From Escherichia coli (GTDB lineage: Bacteria; Pseudomonadota; Gammaproteobacteria; Enterobacterales; Enterobacteriaceae), in NCBI RefSeq assembly GCF_016903815.1, contig NZ_CP069973.1: a stretch of 64,000 nt of DNA. One strand, given 5' to 3'. The first letter of the stretch is position 1; each line of letters begins with the position of its first letter. Made by a program: the position numbers and the translations under genes. Positions 49,926 to 61,810 of this stretch are shown here, piece after piece. Below the pieces are notes generated by a model that saw only the letters and a list, made by a program, of their open reading frames with translations, had not been told where the DNA came from and made no database searches.

Positions 49926-52115
49926 TCAGAATTGATACGTGCCGGTAATGCTGAAATTACGCGGTGCGCCGTAGACGATAGAACCTTCCACGTTGGTATC
50001 GTAGGTTTTGTCGAACAGGTTATTGACGTTCCCCTGTAACGAGAAGTTTTTCGTCACCTGGTAGCGGGTGAAGAGATCCACCAGCGCGTAGCTACCTTGC
50101 TCGGCGCGGAAGGTGCCATACGGTGTCACGGTGTCGGTATACACGCGATTTTGCCAGTTAACACCACCGCCGACCGTCAACTCTGGCATGACAGGCAACC
50201 GGTAGCTGGTGAACATTTTAACCGTGGTGCGTGGCAGATTAGGATTAACGGCGTTTCCTTCGTTATCCTCTGCAATATAGCGTGTTGCGCCAAACGTCAG
50301 CTGCCAGTTGTCGGTAATTGCGCCGTTGAGTTCAAATTCCACACCTTTACTGACTGTCCCATCCACCGCTTTATAGGCGGTTTCGCCGTTGCTGCCGGGG
50401 ATAGGTGTACCGGTGGACTGAGCGACATTATCCTGCTCAATACGGAAGATGGCTAACGTGGTGATCAGACGGCTATTCATCCAGTCCGATTTCAGACCCA
50501 GCTCGTAGTTGTTACCGGTGATTGGAGCCAGATATTTGCCTGAACTGTCACGATCATTTTGCGGCTGGAAAATAGAGGTATAGCTGGCGTAGGTCGACCA
50601 GTTGTCATTGATGTCAAACACCAGACCAGCATAAGGCGTGGTGTGGTTTTTCTCCATGCTGTAAGTCAGCGTATCAACCCGCCAGTTGGTATATCGCGCG
50701 CCGAGGATCAGATGCAGCGGATCGGCAAGGGTGACACGAGTGGCAGCATATAACGATTTCATATGTGTGGTATCGTCCTGCGCCAGGCTCTGTGGTGACC
50801 AGTCGGTTTGTGGGAAATTGCCATTAAAGTTGTAGAAACTGCCAATTTCATCCGGGAAGATGTTTGCCCATGAACTGAAGTAACGATTGTTTTGTTTGCT
50901 GTAACTGCCACCAAACATTAGATTGTGCTGACGACCAAACAATTCATAACTACCGTCAGCAAACAAATCCAGCGCATCAACTTTACGTTTGCCGCTGTTC
51001 CAACCGGTGCCGCCGACATAATCAAAGCCAGGTCCATAATTACTGTATGGCCCAACCAGCATACCATCCGCTTTATTTACATAGGCATCGACATACATCA
51101 TTTTACTGTCAAATTCGACTTCGGAGTGGGTGGCATTCAGTGTCGCTTGCCAGGTATCAGCAAACCGCTGCTTGAGGGTCATAAAGACCTTGTTGATCTC
51201 TTTATCGTTATACGCCCAGTCAGGTGCGGTACTGCGTGCGCGATCGTAACTGTTGCTGCTGCCATCAGTATTCCAGCGCGGTAAACCGCCCCAGGTTGGG
51301 TTATTAACATCAATGCGCTGATATTCGTAACCGGCTGAAAGCGTCGTAAGATCGCCTAAATCAGCATCGACAATGCCGGAGAAGAAGGTCTTTTCACTGT
51401 TGTAGCGGTCCAGCCATGAGTCGTTATTCTGGTAGCCACCGACAATTCGCGCGCGGAATTTACCATCTTCGGTGAGTGGGCTTTGTAAATCCGCCACATA
51501 CCGTTCTTTGTTCCAGCTACCGTATTCCGCCGAGACATCGCCTTTAAATTCACGACTGGTCGCGTGTTTTCGAACCATATTAATTGCCGCAGATGGATTA
51601 CCCGTCCCGGTCATGAGTCCTGTCGCGCCACGCACTACTTCTACGCGTTCAAACAGTGCCATATCAGAAAGTGCGTCGCCCAGATTCCAGCGCGATTCAA
51701 AATAGGTGGGGATACCATCAACCATATAGTTATCGATCTGGAATCCGCGGGAATAATAAAGAGCACGATCGGAATCCGCCTGACTTTTGCTGATCCCCAG
51801 CGTGTTTTCCATCACTTCGCCCAGCGTTTGCAACTGCTGATCTTCCATCCGCTGCTGGCTAACAATAGTGACCGACTGAGGAATATCACGTTGAGTCATC
51901 TGCATTTTGGTTCCTGCAGAAGTAGACGTTACGCTGTAATCATTTTCGCCATCATCTGGAGCTGTGGCTGAACCCTCAACAATCACCGTTTCTTCAGTGG
52001 CTGGTGCAGCAAAAGCGGCAGAAGGTAATAGTGCCAGTACAATGCAACCGGCAAGTAGTGACGGTTTGGTGATGGCTTGATATTGATTATCCCTGTTAAA
52101 TTGTGTTGAAAGCAT
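49926..52115 (-). CDS. fhuE: TonB-dependent ferric coprogen / rhodotorulic acid receptor FhuE
   Basis: 729-aa outer-membrane receptor with signal peptide and terminal aromatic residue (…GTYQF). Confidence 0.95.
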   Translation of the reverse strand: MLSTQFNRDNQYQAITKPSLLAGCIVLALLPSAAFAAPATEETVIVEGSATAPDDGENDYSVTSTSAGTKMQMTQRDIPQSVTIVSQQRMEDQQLQTLGEVMENTLGISKSQADSDRALYYSRGFQIDNYMVDGIPTYFESRWNLGDALSDMALFERVEVVRGATGLMTGTGNPSAAINMVRKHATSREFKGDVSAEYGSWNKERYVADLQSPLTEDGKFRARIVGGYQNNDSWLDRYNSEKTFFSGIVDADLGDLTTLSAGYEYQRIDVNNPTWGGLPRWNTDGSSNSYDRARSTAPDWAYNDKEINKVFMTLKQRFADTWQATLNATHSEVEFDSKMMYVDAYVNKADGMLVGPYSNYGPGFDYVGGTGWNSGKRKVDALDLFADGSYELFGRQHNLMFGGSYSKQNNRYFSSWANIFPDEIGSFYNFNGNFPQTDWSPQSLAQDDTTHMKSLYAATRVTLADPLHLILGARYTNWRVDTLTYSMEKNHTTPYAGLVFDINDNWSTYASYTSIFQPQNDRDSSGKYLAPITGNNYELGLKSDWMNSRLITTLAIFRIEQDNVAQSTGTPIPGSNGETAYKAVDGTVSKGVEFELNGAITDNWQLTFGATRYIAEDNEGNAVNPNLPRTTVKMFTSYRLPVMPELTVGGGVNWQNRVYTDTVTPYGTFRAEQGSYALVDLFTRYQVTKNFSLQGNVNNLFDKTYDTNVEGSIVYGAPRNFSITGTYQF

Positions 52116-52448
52116 TTGAAATCTCTAGGTTTATGTTGTCGTCAGGCTCATGCCGGAGGAGGGTGATGAGCGGTTATATTTAGTGTGCGAATAATTTTGC
52201 ATGTAAATGCAAATGAGAAATATACGCATTCATATTTGACGTGTAAACCAAACAGAGAATGTCTTTTCAGCGCATTCGCAGGCAGAAATGGGAATAATGG
52301 CGATATATACGGCAGCAAAACGATTTTTTGCTTAAGAAATCGTGAGTTAAGGTTGAAAGAGCAGGTTTAACTCGACCATACTCTATACTCGCAGTGTGGC
52401 GCGGCGTAGCATGGCGCAACGCATGGCTATTTGAAAAAGGAAAATGTC

Positions 52449-52808
52449 GTGGCAGAAGAAACTATATTCAGCAAAATTATTCGTCGTGAGATCCCCTCCG
52501 ATATCGTCTACCAGGATGATCTGGTAACGGCGTTTCGCGATATTTCGCCGCAAGCGCCAACGCATATTCTGATCATTCCGAATATCCTCATTCCGACTGT
52601 GAACGACGTGTCTGCTGAGCATGAGCAGGCGCTGGGACGCATGATCACCGTAGCGGCAAAAATTGCTGAGCAAGAAGGTATTGCCGAAGATGGCTATCGT
52701 CTGATCATGAACACCAACCGCCACGGCGGACAAGAGGTTTACCACATCCATATGCACTTGTTGGGTGGCCGTCCGCTGGGACCAATGCTGGCGCATAAAG
52801 GTCTGTAA
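52449..52808 (+). CDS. hinT: Purine nucleoside phosphoramidase HinT (HIT family)
   Basis: 119-aa protein from a GTG start ([17 protein letters not shown]…) with HIHMHLL histidine-triad motif. Confidence 0.9.
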   Translation: MAEETIFSKIIRREIPSDIVYQDDLVTAFRDISPQAPTHILIIPNILIPTVNDVSAEHEQALGRMITVAAKIAEQEGIAEDGYRLIMNTNRHGGQEVYHIHMHLLGGRPLGPMLAHKGL

Positions 52809-52810
52809 CG

Positions 52811-53188
52811 ATGAGAAAAGGATGCTTTGGGCTGGTGTCTCTGGCGTTGTTAGTGCTGGTGGGCTGTCGTTCACATCCGGAAATTCCGGTGAATGATGAG
52901 CAATCGCTGGTGATGGAGTCATCTTTATTGGCTGCGGGCATCAGTGCAGAAAAGCCCGTCCTTTCGACGTCTGATATTCAACCTTCAGCATCCTCAACGC
53001 TTTATAACGAAAGGCAAGAACCCGTTACCGTTCATTATCGTTTTTACTGGTATGACGCCAGAGGGCTGGAGATGCATCCTCTGGAAAGGCCACGCAGCGT
53101 TACCATTCCCGCACATTCGGCGGTAACGCTGTACGGCAGCGCCAATTTTCTGGGGGCGCACAAAGTCAGACTTTATCTATATTTGTAA
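52811..53188 (+). CDS. ycfL: Lipoprotein YcfL
   Basis: 125-aa protein with lipobox LVLVGC. Confidence 0.88.
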   Translation: MRKGCFGLVSLALLVLVGCRSHPEIPVNDEQSLVMESSLLAAGISAEKPVLSTSDIQPSASSTLYNERQEPVTVHYRFYWYDARGLEMHPLERPRSVTIPAHSAVTLYGSANFLGAHKVRLYLYL

Positions 53189-53201
53189 GGGGTGAATCTT
53201 G

Positions 53202-53823
53202 ATGACAAAAATGAGTCGCTACGCCTTGATTACCGCGCTGGCGATGTTTCTCGCCGGGTGTGTGGGGCAACGTGAACCTGCGCCGGTAGAAGAAGTGAAA
53301 CCAGCGCCGGAACAACCAGCCGAGCCACAACAGCCTGTCCCCACAGTGCCATCGGTGCCGACAATACCGCAGCAGCCAGGCCCAATTGAGCACGAAGATC
53401 AAACTGCACCGCCTGCGCCGCATATTCGCCATTATGACTGGAATGGCGCAATGCAGCCGATGGTCAGTAAGATGCTTGGGGCTGACGGCGTGACTGCGGG
53501 TAGCGTCCTGCTGGTTGATAGCGTTAACAACCGTACTAACGGTTCGCTGAATGCCGCAGAAGCGACCGAAACGCTGCGAAATGCGCTGGCTAATAACGGT
53601 AAATTTACCCTGGTTTCCGCCCAGCAGCTGTCGATGGCTAAGCAACAGTTAGGTTTGTCGCCGCAGGACAGTTTAGGCACCCGTAGTAAAGCCATAGGCA
53701 TTGCCCGCAATGTCGGCGCTCATTACGTGCTGTACTCCAGCGCCTCTGGCAACGTTAACGCTCCGACCCTACAAATGCAGCTGATGCTGGTGCAGACGGG
53801 CGAAATTATCTGGTCAGGTAAAG

Positions 53824-53843
<20 letters not shown>
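53202..53843 (+). CDS. lpoB: Penicillin-binding protein 1B activator LpoB (YcfM)
   Basis: 213-aa lipoprotein from [20 protein letters not shown]. Confidence 0.9.
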
Positions 53844-55684
<1,841 letters not shown>

Positions 55685-55706
55685 CCCTGGCTTATGTGAG
55701 GAAGCG

Positions 55707-56249
55707 ATGATTATCTATTTACACGGTTTTGACTCTAACAGTCCGGGTAACCACGAGAAAGTCTTACAATTGCAGTTTATTGACCCGGATGTACGCTTGA
55801 TAAGCTACAGTACGCGGCATCCGAAACATGATATGCAGCATCTGCTTAAAGAAGTGGACAAAATGTTGCAACTGAACGTTGACGAGCGTCCGCTAATTTG
55901 CGGCGTTGGTCTGGGCGGATACTGGGCAGAACGGATTGGTTTTCTTTGCGACATCCGCCAGGTGATCTTCAACCCTAATTTGTTCCCTTATGAGAACATG
56001 GAAGGCAAGATTGATCGCCCGGAAGAGTATGCCGATATTGCCACTAAGTGTGTGACCAACTTCCGCGAAAAGAATCGCGATCGTTGCCTGGTGATTTTGT
56101 CGCGTAATGATGAAGCGCTTAACAGCCAGCGGACATCTGAAGAGTTGCATCATTATTACGAGATTGTCTGGGACGAAGAGCAGACGCACAAATTTAAGAA
56201 TATCTCCCCGCATTTGCAGCGCATTAAAGCGTTCAAAACCCTCGGGTAA
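55707..56249 (+). CDS. ycfP: UPF0227 esterase-like protein YcfP
   Basis: 180-aa protein from [18 protein letters not shown]... Confidence 0.88.
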
Positions 56250-56260
56250 ATGCCCTCGTC

Positions 56261-56378
<118 letters not shown>

Positions 56379-56648
56379 GAACGCCCTCCATACACACCTC
56401 ACTCTATATCACTCTCACAAATTCGCTCAAATAATAAACAACAAACTCTGTTTTTTGATCTCACCCGGTAAAGTCGCCTATCTTTTCAGCAACAAAACTT
56501 GATTAACATCAATTTTGGTATGACCAATGCACCATTCATGTTATTCTCATTAGCGAAGAACATTTTCATTGCTGTAACCTGTTGTTAATTAAGAGCCATG
56601 TTAATAACCATTAATTAACAATTGGTTAATAAATTTAAGGGGGTCACG

Positions 56649-57953
56649 TTGACTACGCCATTGAAAAAAATTGTGATTGTCGGCGGCGGTGCTGGTGGGC
56701 TGGAAATGGCAACACAGCTGGGGCATAAGCTGGGACGCAAGAAAAAAGCCAAAATTACGCTGGTCGATCGTAACCACAGCCACCTGTGGAAACCGCTGCT
56801 GCACGAAGTAGCGACTGGCTCGCTTGATGAAGGCGTCGATGCGTTGAGCTATCTGGCCCATGCGCGCAATCATGGTTTCCAGTTCCAGCTGGGTTCCGTC
56901 ATTGATATTGATCGTGAAGCGAAAACAATCACTATTGCAGAACTGCGCGACGAGAAAGGTGAACTGCTGGTTCCGGAACGTAAAATCGCCTATGACACTC
57001 TGGTAATGGCGCTGGGTAGCACCTCTAACGATTTCAATACACCAGGTGTCAAAGAGAACTGCATTTTCCTCGATAACCCGCACCAGGCGCGTCGCTTCCA
57101 CCAGGAGATGCTGAATCTGTTCCTGAAATACTCCGCCAACCTGGGCGCGAATGGCAAAGTGAACATTGCGATTGTCGGTGGCGGCGCGACGGGTGTAGAA
57201 CTCTCCGCTGAATTGCACAACGCGGTCAAGCAACTGCACAGCTACGGCTATAAAGGTCTGACCAACGAAGCCCTGAACGTAACGCTGGTAGAAGCGGGCG
57301 AACGTATTTTGCCTGCATTACCGCCACGTATCTCTGCTGCGGCCCATAATGAGTTAACGAAACTTGGCGTTCGCGTGCTGACGCAAACCATGGTCACCAG
57401 TGCTGATGAAGGCGGCCTGCATACTAAAGATGGCGAATATATTGAGGCTGATCTGATGGTGTGGGCAGCCGGGATCAAAGCGCCAGACTTCCTGAAAGAT
57501 ATCGGTGGTCTTGAAACCAACCGTATCAACCAGCTGGTGGTGGAACCGACGCTGCAAACCACTCGCGATCCAGACATTTACGCTATTGGCGATTGCGCGT
57601 CATGCCCGCGTCCGGAAGGGGGCTTTGTTCCGCCGCGCGCTCAGGCTGCACACCAGATGGCAACTTGCGCAATGAACAACATTCTGGCGCAGATGAATGG
57701 TAAGCCGCTGAAAAATTATCAGTATAAAGATCACGGTTCTCTGGTATCGCTGTCGAACTTCTCCACCGTCGGTAGCCTGATGGGTAACCTGACGCGCGGC
57801 TCAATGATGATTGAAGGACGAATTGCGCGCTTTGTATACATCTCGCTATACAGAATGCATCAGATTGCGCTGCATGGTTACTTTAAAACCGGATTAATGA
57901 TGCTGGTGGGGAGTATTAACCGCGTTATCCGTCCACGTTTGAAGTTGCATTAA
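56649..57953 (+). CDS. ndh: Type II NADH:quinone oxidoreductase (NDH-2)
   Basis: 434-aa protein from a TTG start ([16 protein letters not shown]…), two FAD/NAD Rossmann motifs. Confidence 0.93.
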
Positions 57954-57963
57954 TCGGCTTGTA

Positions 57964-58054
<91 letters not shown>

Positions 58055-58179
58055 TCCTTCAGACTCCTCCGAATCCCTAAGTATTTCCAGCCATTCCCGC
58101 GCTTTTCATCTTCTGTCTGATAGCTGCTTTTCTCCTTCGCTTGCATGATTGGCATAACAGCAAAGAAGGAGGTGTTCCC

Positions 58180-58719
58180 GTGAATAAATCAATGTTGGCG
58201 GGTATGGGGATTGGTGTCGCAGCTGCGTTGGGCGTAGCGGCAGTGGCCAGTCTGAACGTGTTTGAACGTGGCCCGCAATACGCTCAGGTTGTTTCTGCAA
58301 CCCCAATCAAGGAAACGGTTAAAACACCGCGTCAGGAGTGTCGCAACGTCACAGTGACCCATCGTCGACCGGTGCAGGATGAAAATCGCATTACCGGGTC
58401 GGTGCTCGGCGCTGTTGCTGGCGGCGTGATAGGGCATCAGTTTGGCGGTGGTCGCGGTAAAGATGTCGCCACTGTTGTGGGGGCGCTGGGAGGTGGCTAT
58501 GCCGGTAACCAGATCCAGGGCTCTCTCCAGGAAAGCGATACTTACACGACTACGCAACAGCGTTGTAAAACGGTGTATGACAAGTCAGAAAAAATGCTCG
58601 GTTATGATGTGACCTATAAGATTGGCGATCAGCAGGGCAAAATCCGCATGGATCGCGATCCGGGTACGCAGATCCCGCTAGATAGTAACGGGCAACTGAT
58701 TTTGAATAACAAAGTATAA
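58180..58719 (+). CDS. ycfJ: Glycine-zipper membrane protein YcfJ
   Basis: 179-aa protein from a GTG start preceded by AAGGAGG (VNKSMLAGMGIGVAAALG…). Confidence 0.85.
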   Translation: MNKSMLAGMGIGVAAALGVAAVASLNVFERGPQYAQVVSATPIKETVKTPRQECRNVTVTHRRPVQDENRITGSVLGAVAGGVIGHQFGGGRGKDVATVVGALGGGYAGNQIQGSLQESDTYTTTQQRCKTVYDKSEKMLGYDVTYKIGDQQGKIRMDRDPGTQIPLDSNGQLILNNKV

Positions 58720-58780
58720 CAAGGCTGTACTCTGCAATTTGGCCCCTCATTCGCTCAGGCTGAGGGGCTTTTTTTGCGAC

Positions 58781-59413
58781 TTATTTCACCAGTTCGGGCC
58801 ATAAACGCAAAGTCGTTCCGGCAATCTGCATCAGTTTTTCCAGCGATGCACCTTCGCGTGCGCTGATCGACATCCCCTGAATAATACAATTAAGGAATTC
58901 AGCCAGATGCGTCACGTCACAGTGGGTCGGGATTTCCCCGCGCGCTTGTCGTTGACATAAAAACTGCTGCAAAGTGCGCTCTTGCATCGCATGGCGTGAT
59001 TTCAGCGTATTGGCGATATCTCCGGAATCCGGGGAGAGGGTGGTGCAGTTGTTGATCATAAAGCAGCCAGCCGGGGTGTCTTTGCTGGTAAAGCAGTTGG
59101 CGACGGCAGCAAAATAGTCAGCCAGCGCAGACTCCACGCTTTTCTCTTCACAAAACAGCTGTGCTTCATGCTTAGCGGCAAAACGATCGATATAGCGGTC
59201 GAGTACGGCGCGAAATAACCCCTCTTTGTTGGTAAATTCCGCGTATAGCGTGGGCGCTTTGGCTCCGGTCGCTTCGACGAGGTCCGCAAGAGAAGTCGCT
59301 TCATAACCGTGCTGCCAGAACAATTTCATGGCCTTATCAAGCGCGGCATCCCTGTCGAACACTTTTGGGCGGCCACGGCTTTTTTTTACACATTGTGTTG
59401 AGTCAGTTGCCAT
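58781..59413 (-). CDS. comR: TetR-family transcriptional repressor ComR (YcfQ)
   Basis: 210-aa protein from MATDSTQCVKKSRGRPKVFDRD... with N-terminal TetR helix-turn-helix. Confidence 0.88.
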   Translation of the reverse strand: MATDSTQCVKKSRGRPKVFDRDAALDKAMKLFWQHGYEATSLADLVEATGAKAPTLYAEFTNKEGLFRAVLDRYIDRFAAKHEAQLFCEEKSVESALADYFAAVANCFTSKDTPAGCFMINNCTTLSPDSGDIANTLKSRHAMQERTLQQFLCQRQARGEIPTHCDVTHLAEFLNCIIQGMSISAREGASLEKLMQIAGTTLRLWPELVK

Positions 59414-59653
59414 GATGCCGTTGTACCTGGTGACTGTGATTGAAAGGTTATTATAAAAATAATCACCTCCGTTCACCAGTCCACAAACCATAAAAATAAT
59501 TGCTTTCTATTTAACTGAAATTTAAAGATTTTTAAATTAATTAATGATTGTTATAAAAAATATCTTGTATGTGATCCAGATCACATCTATCATTTAGTTA
59601 TCGATCGTTAAGTAATTGTTTGCGACGTCATTCATCTGCATAAGGCCACTATT

Positions 59654-59911
59654 ATGAAAAACGTAAAAACCCTCATCGCTGCGGCGATTTTAAGCTCCAT
59701 GTCATTTGCCAGCTTTGCGGCTGTCGAAGTTCAGTCAACGCCAGAAGGCCAACAAAAAGTCGGTACTATCAGTGCTAACGCGGGGACAAATCTGGGATCG
59801 CTGGAAGAGCAGCTGGCGCAAAAAGCGGATGAGATGGGCGCAAAATCATTCCGTATTACTTCTGTAACCGGTCCAAATACCCTCCATGGAACAGCAGTAA
59901 TTTATAAATAA
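59654..59911 (+). CDS. bhsA: Multiple stress resistance protein BhsA (YcfR)
   Basis: 85-aa secreted protein with signal peptide MKNVKTLIAAAILSSMSFASFA. Confidence 0.9.
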   Translation: MKNVKTLIAAAILSSMSFASFAAVEVQSTPEGQQKVGTISANAGTNLGSLEEQLAQKADEMGAKSFRITSVTGPNTLHGTAVIYK

Positions 59912-59950
59912 GCATTAACCCTCATTAATGCCTGCTACTGCTGATTTTTT

Positions 59951-59979
59951 CCCCGCGACATGCCGTGTCGCGGGGATTT
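59951..59979. terminator. Terminator hairpin downstream of bhsA (ancestrally shared with convergent ldtC)
   Basis: ccccgcgaca-tgccg-tgtcgcgggg 10-bp stem, flanked by TTTTTT upstream and ATTTT downstream. Confidence 0.7.
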
Positions 59980-60692
59980 TTGTGCACAGAAAACCCCCAG
60001 CTAGGCTGGGGGTTCCGGAAAGCTTTCAGCTTTAAGCCAGTTATTAAAACCCCTTTTGATTTGTTAAAACACCTTGCGGTCTGGCAACTGCAAGTGTCAA
60101 ACAAGAAATCAAAAGGGGGTCCCAATGGGGAACGAAAAGAGCTTAGCGCACACCCGATGGAACTGTAAATATCACATAGTTTTTGCGCCAAAATACCGAA
60201 GACAGGTGTTCTACAGAGAGAAGCGTAGAGCAATAGGCAGTATTTTGAGAAAGCTGTGTGAGTGGAAAAGTGTACGGATTCTGGAAGCTGAATGCTGTGC
60301 AGATCATATCCATATGCTTGTGGAGATCCCGCCCAAAATGAGCGTATCCGGCTTTATGGGATATCTGAAAGGGAAAAGCAGTCTGATGCTTTACGAGCAG
60401 TTTGGTGATTTGAAATTCAAATACAGGAACAGGGAGTTCTGGTGCAGAGGGTACTACGTCGATACGGTGGGTAAGAACACGGCGAAGATACAGGATTACA
60501 TAAAGCACCAGCTTGAAGAGGATAAAATGGGAGAGCAGTTATCGATTCCCTATCCGGGCAGCCCGTTTACGGGCCGTAAGTAACGAAGTTGGATGCAAAT
60601 GTCAGATCGTGTGCGCCTGTTAGGGCGCGGCTGGTAAGAGAGCCTTATAGGCGCATTTGAAAAACCTCCGGCTATGCCGGAGGATATTTATT
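59980..60692 (+). mobile_element. IS200 (IS200/IS605 family) insertion sequence, copy 2
   Basis: Apparently identical to copy 1, offset 16,898 bp, same orientation; left end abuts the bhsA terminator T-tract and right end lies 12 bp from the ldtC stop. Confidence 0.9.
60125..60583 (+). CDS. tnpA: IS200 transposase TnpA (HuH Y1 family), copy 2
   Basis: Protein identical to the copy 1 TnpA. Confidence 0.9.
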   Translation: MGNEKSLAHTRWNCKYHIVFAPKYRRQVFYREKRRAIGSILRKLCEWKSVRILEAECCADHIHMLVEIPPKMSVSGFMGYLKGKSSLMLYEQFGDLKFKYRNREFWCRGYYVDTVGKNTAKIQDYIKHQLEEDKMGEQLSIPYPGSPFTGRK

Positions 60693-60704
60693 TTTATCCA
60701 GGAT

Positions 60705-61667
60705 TTACAGAGTTTGTGGGCTCACTTGATGACGGCGGACATCCACCGGCATCCCGGAACGGACATCCATCACATGTTGCATCACTTCAGCGTCAGTTTG
60801 TGCTGCATCTTTAAATGATTGCATTGCGCTATTCAGCGTAATTGGCAGCAGCTGCGGATCGTCATCAATCTTCTCTGACAGCGGCTGATGTACTTCAACC
60901 AGACGCGCACCGTTTGGTTCGGCAGAGACTTTTATCGGAGTGTTGATGATATTCACTTTGGTGCCTGGGGTGACCTGGCTAAAGAGTGTTTTGATATCGT
61001 CATCCCGCAGACGAATACAGCCAGAACTTACCCGCATGCCAATGCCGAAATCGGCGTTCGTACCATGAAGCAAATAAACGCCGCCATAGGCCGCCAGACG
61101 AATCGCATGATGGCCCATTGGGTTATCCGGTCCAGCCGGCACTACCGCAGGCAACTCAATTCCCTGTGCTTTATAACGGGCGCGGATGTTTGCCGTTGGC
61201 GTCCAGGTTGGGTTTGCTCGTTTGTCTGAAACGGTGGTCACCATTGTCGGTGTCAGCGTGTCACCACCCAACTGACCAATACCTATTGGATACACGGTTA
61301 CCGAATTTTTACCCGGCGGGTAGTAATAGAGACGCAGCTCCGCAATATTGATCACAATGCCTTCGCGCGGCGCATCTGGAAGTAGGGTTTGCAACGGGAT
61401 CGTTAACACGCTGCCCGCGCGCGGTACGTAAGGATCAACGCCGGGGTTAGCCTGTAACAGAGCGAGAAAGCCGACGTTATATTTTTTGGCGATGGCTTCC
61501 AGAGAACCACCGTCATTTTCCACCACATGAAATTTGTTTTCGCCAACCAGACGACTGCCCGCTGGCGGCAGCGGCCAGGTGTTGGCTTTTGCCGGTAGCG
61601 CCAGCGCCACGGCAGCGGCGAACGTAAAAAACGTTAGCCAGCGAGAAAAACGCGTTTTGATCATCAC
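60705..61667 (-). CDS. ldtC: L,D-transpeptidase LdtC (YcfS)
   Basis: 320-aa protein from a GTG start (MIKTRFSRWLTFF…) with YkuD catalytic motif context (HGTN…SSGCIRL). Confidence 0.92.
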   Translation of the reverse strand: MMIKTRFSRWLTFFTFAAAVALALPAKANTWPLPPAGSRLVGENKFHVVENDGGSLEAIAKKYNVGFLALLQANPGVDPYVPRAGSVLTIPLQTLLPDAPREGIVINIAELRLYYYPPGKNSVTVYPIGIGQLGGDTLTPTMVTTVSDKRANPTWTPTANIRARYKAQGIELPAVVPAGPDNPMGHHAIRLAAYGGVYLLHGTNADFGIGMRVSSGCIRLRDDDIKTLFSQVTPGTKVNIINTPIKVSAEPNGARLVEVHQPLSEKIDDDPQLLPITLNSAMQSFKDAAQTDAEVMQHVMDVRSGMPVDVRRHQVSPQTL

Positions 61668-61810
61668 CAAAAATCCATAATAAATATAAGGTTATTGTAA
61701 TAAACAGATAAGCCTGAATTATGGATGGTGACAGTGTCGGATAGTGCAGGGAAGTGCAAAGAATTTGTAAATGTTGCAGATGGGGGCGCAGAAACGCCCC
61801 CGATTTACCA

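Noticed and set aside
52116-52430. Possible Fur box in the fhuE promoter (around gcgaataattttgcatgtaaatgcaaatgag)
   Set aside because: An AT-rich inverted repeat is present, and fhuE is a known Fur-regulated gene, but I could not align it convincingly to the GATAATGATAATCATTATC consensus by eye, so it is not reported as a feature.
56601-57239. 212-aa minus-strand ORF
   Set aside because: Antisense to ndh; spurious.
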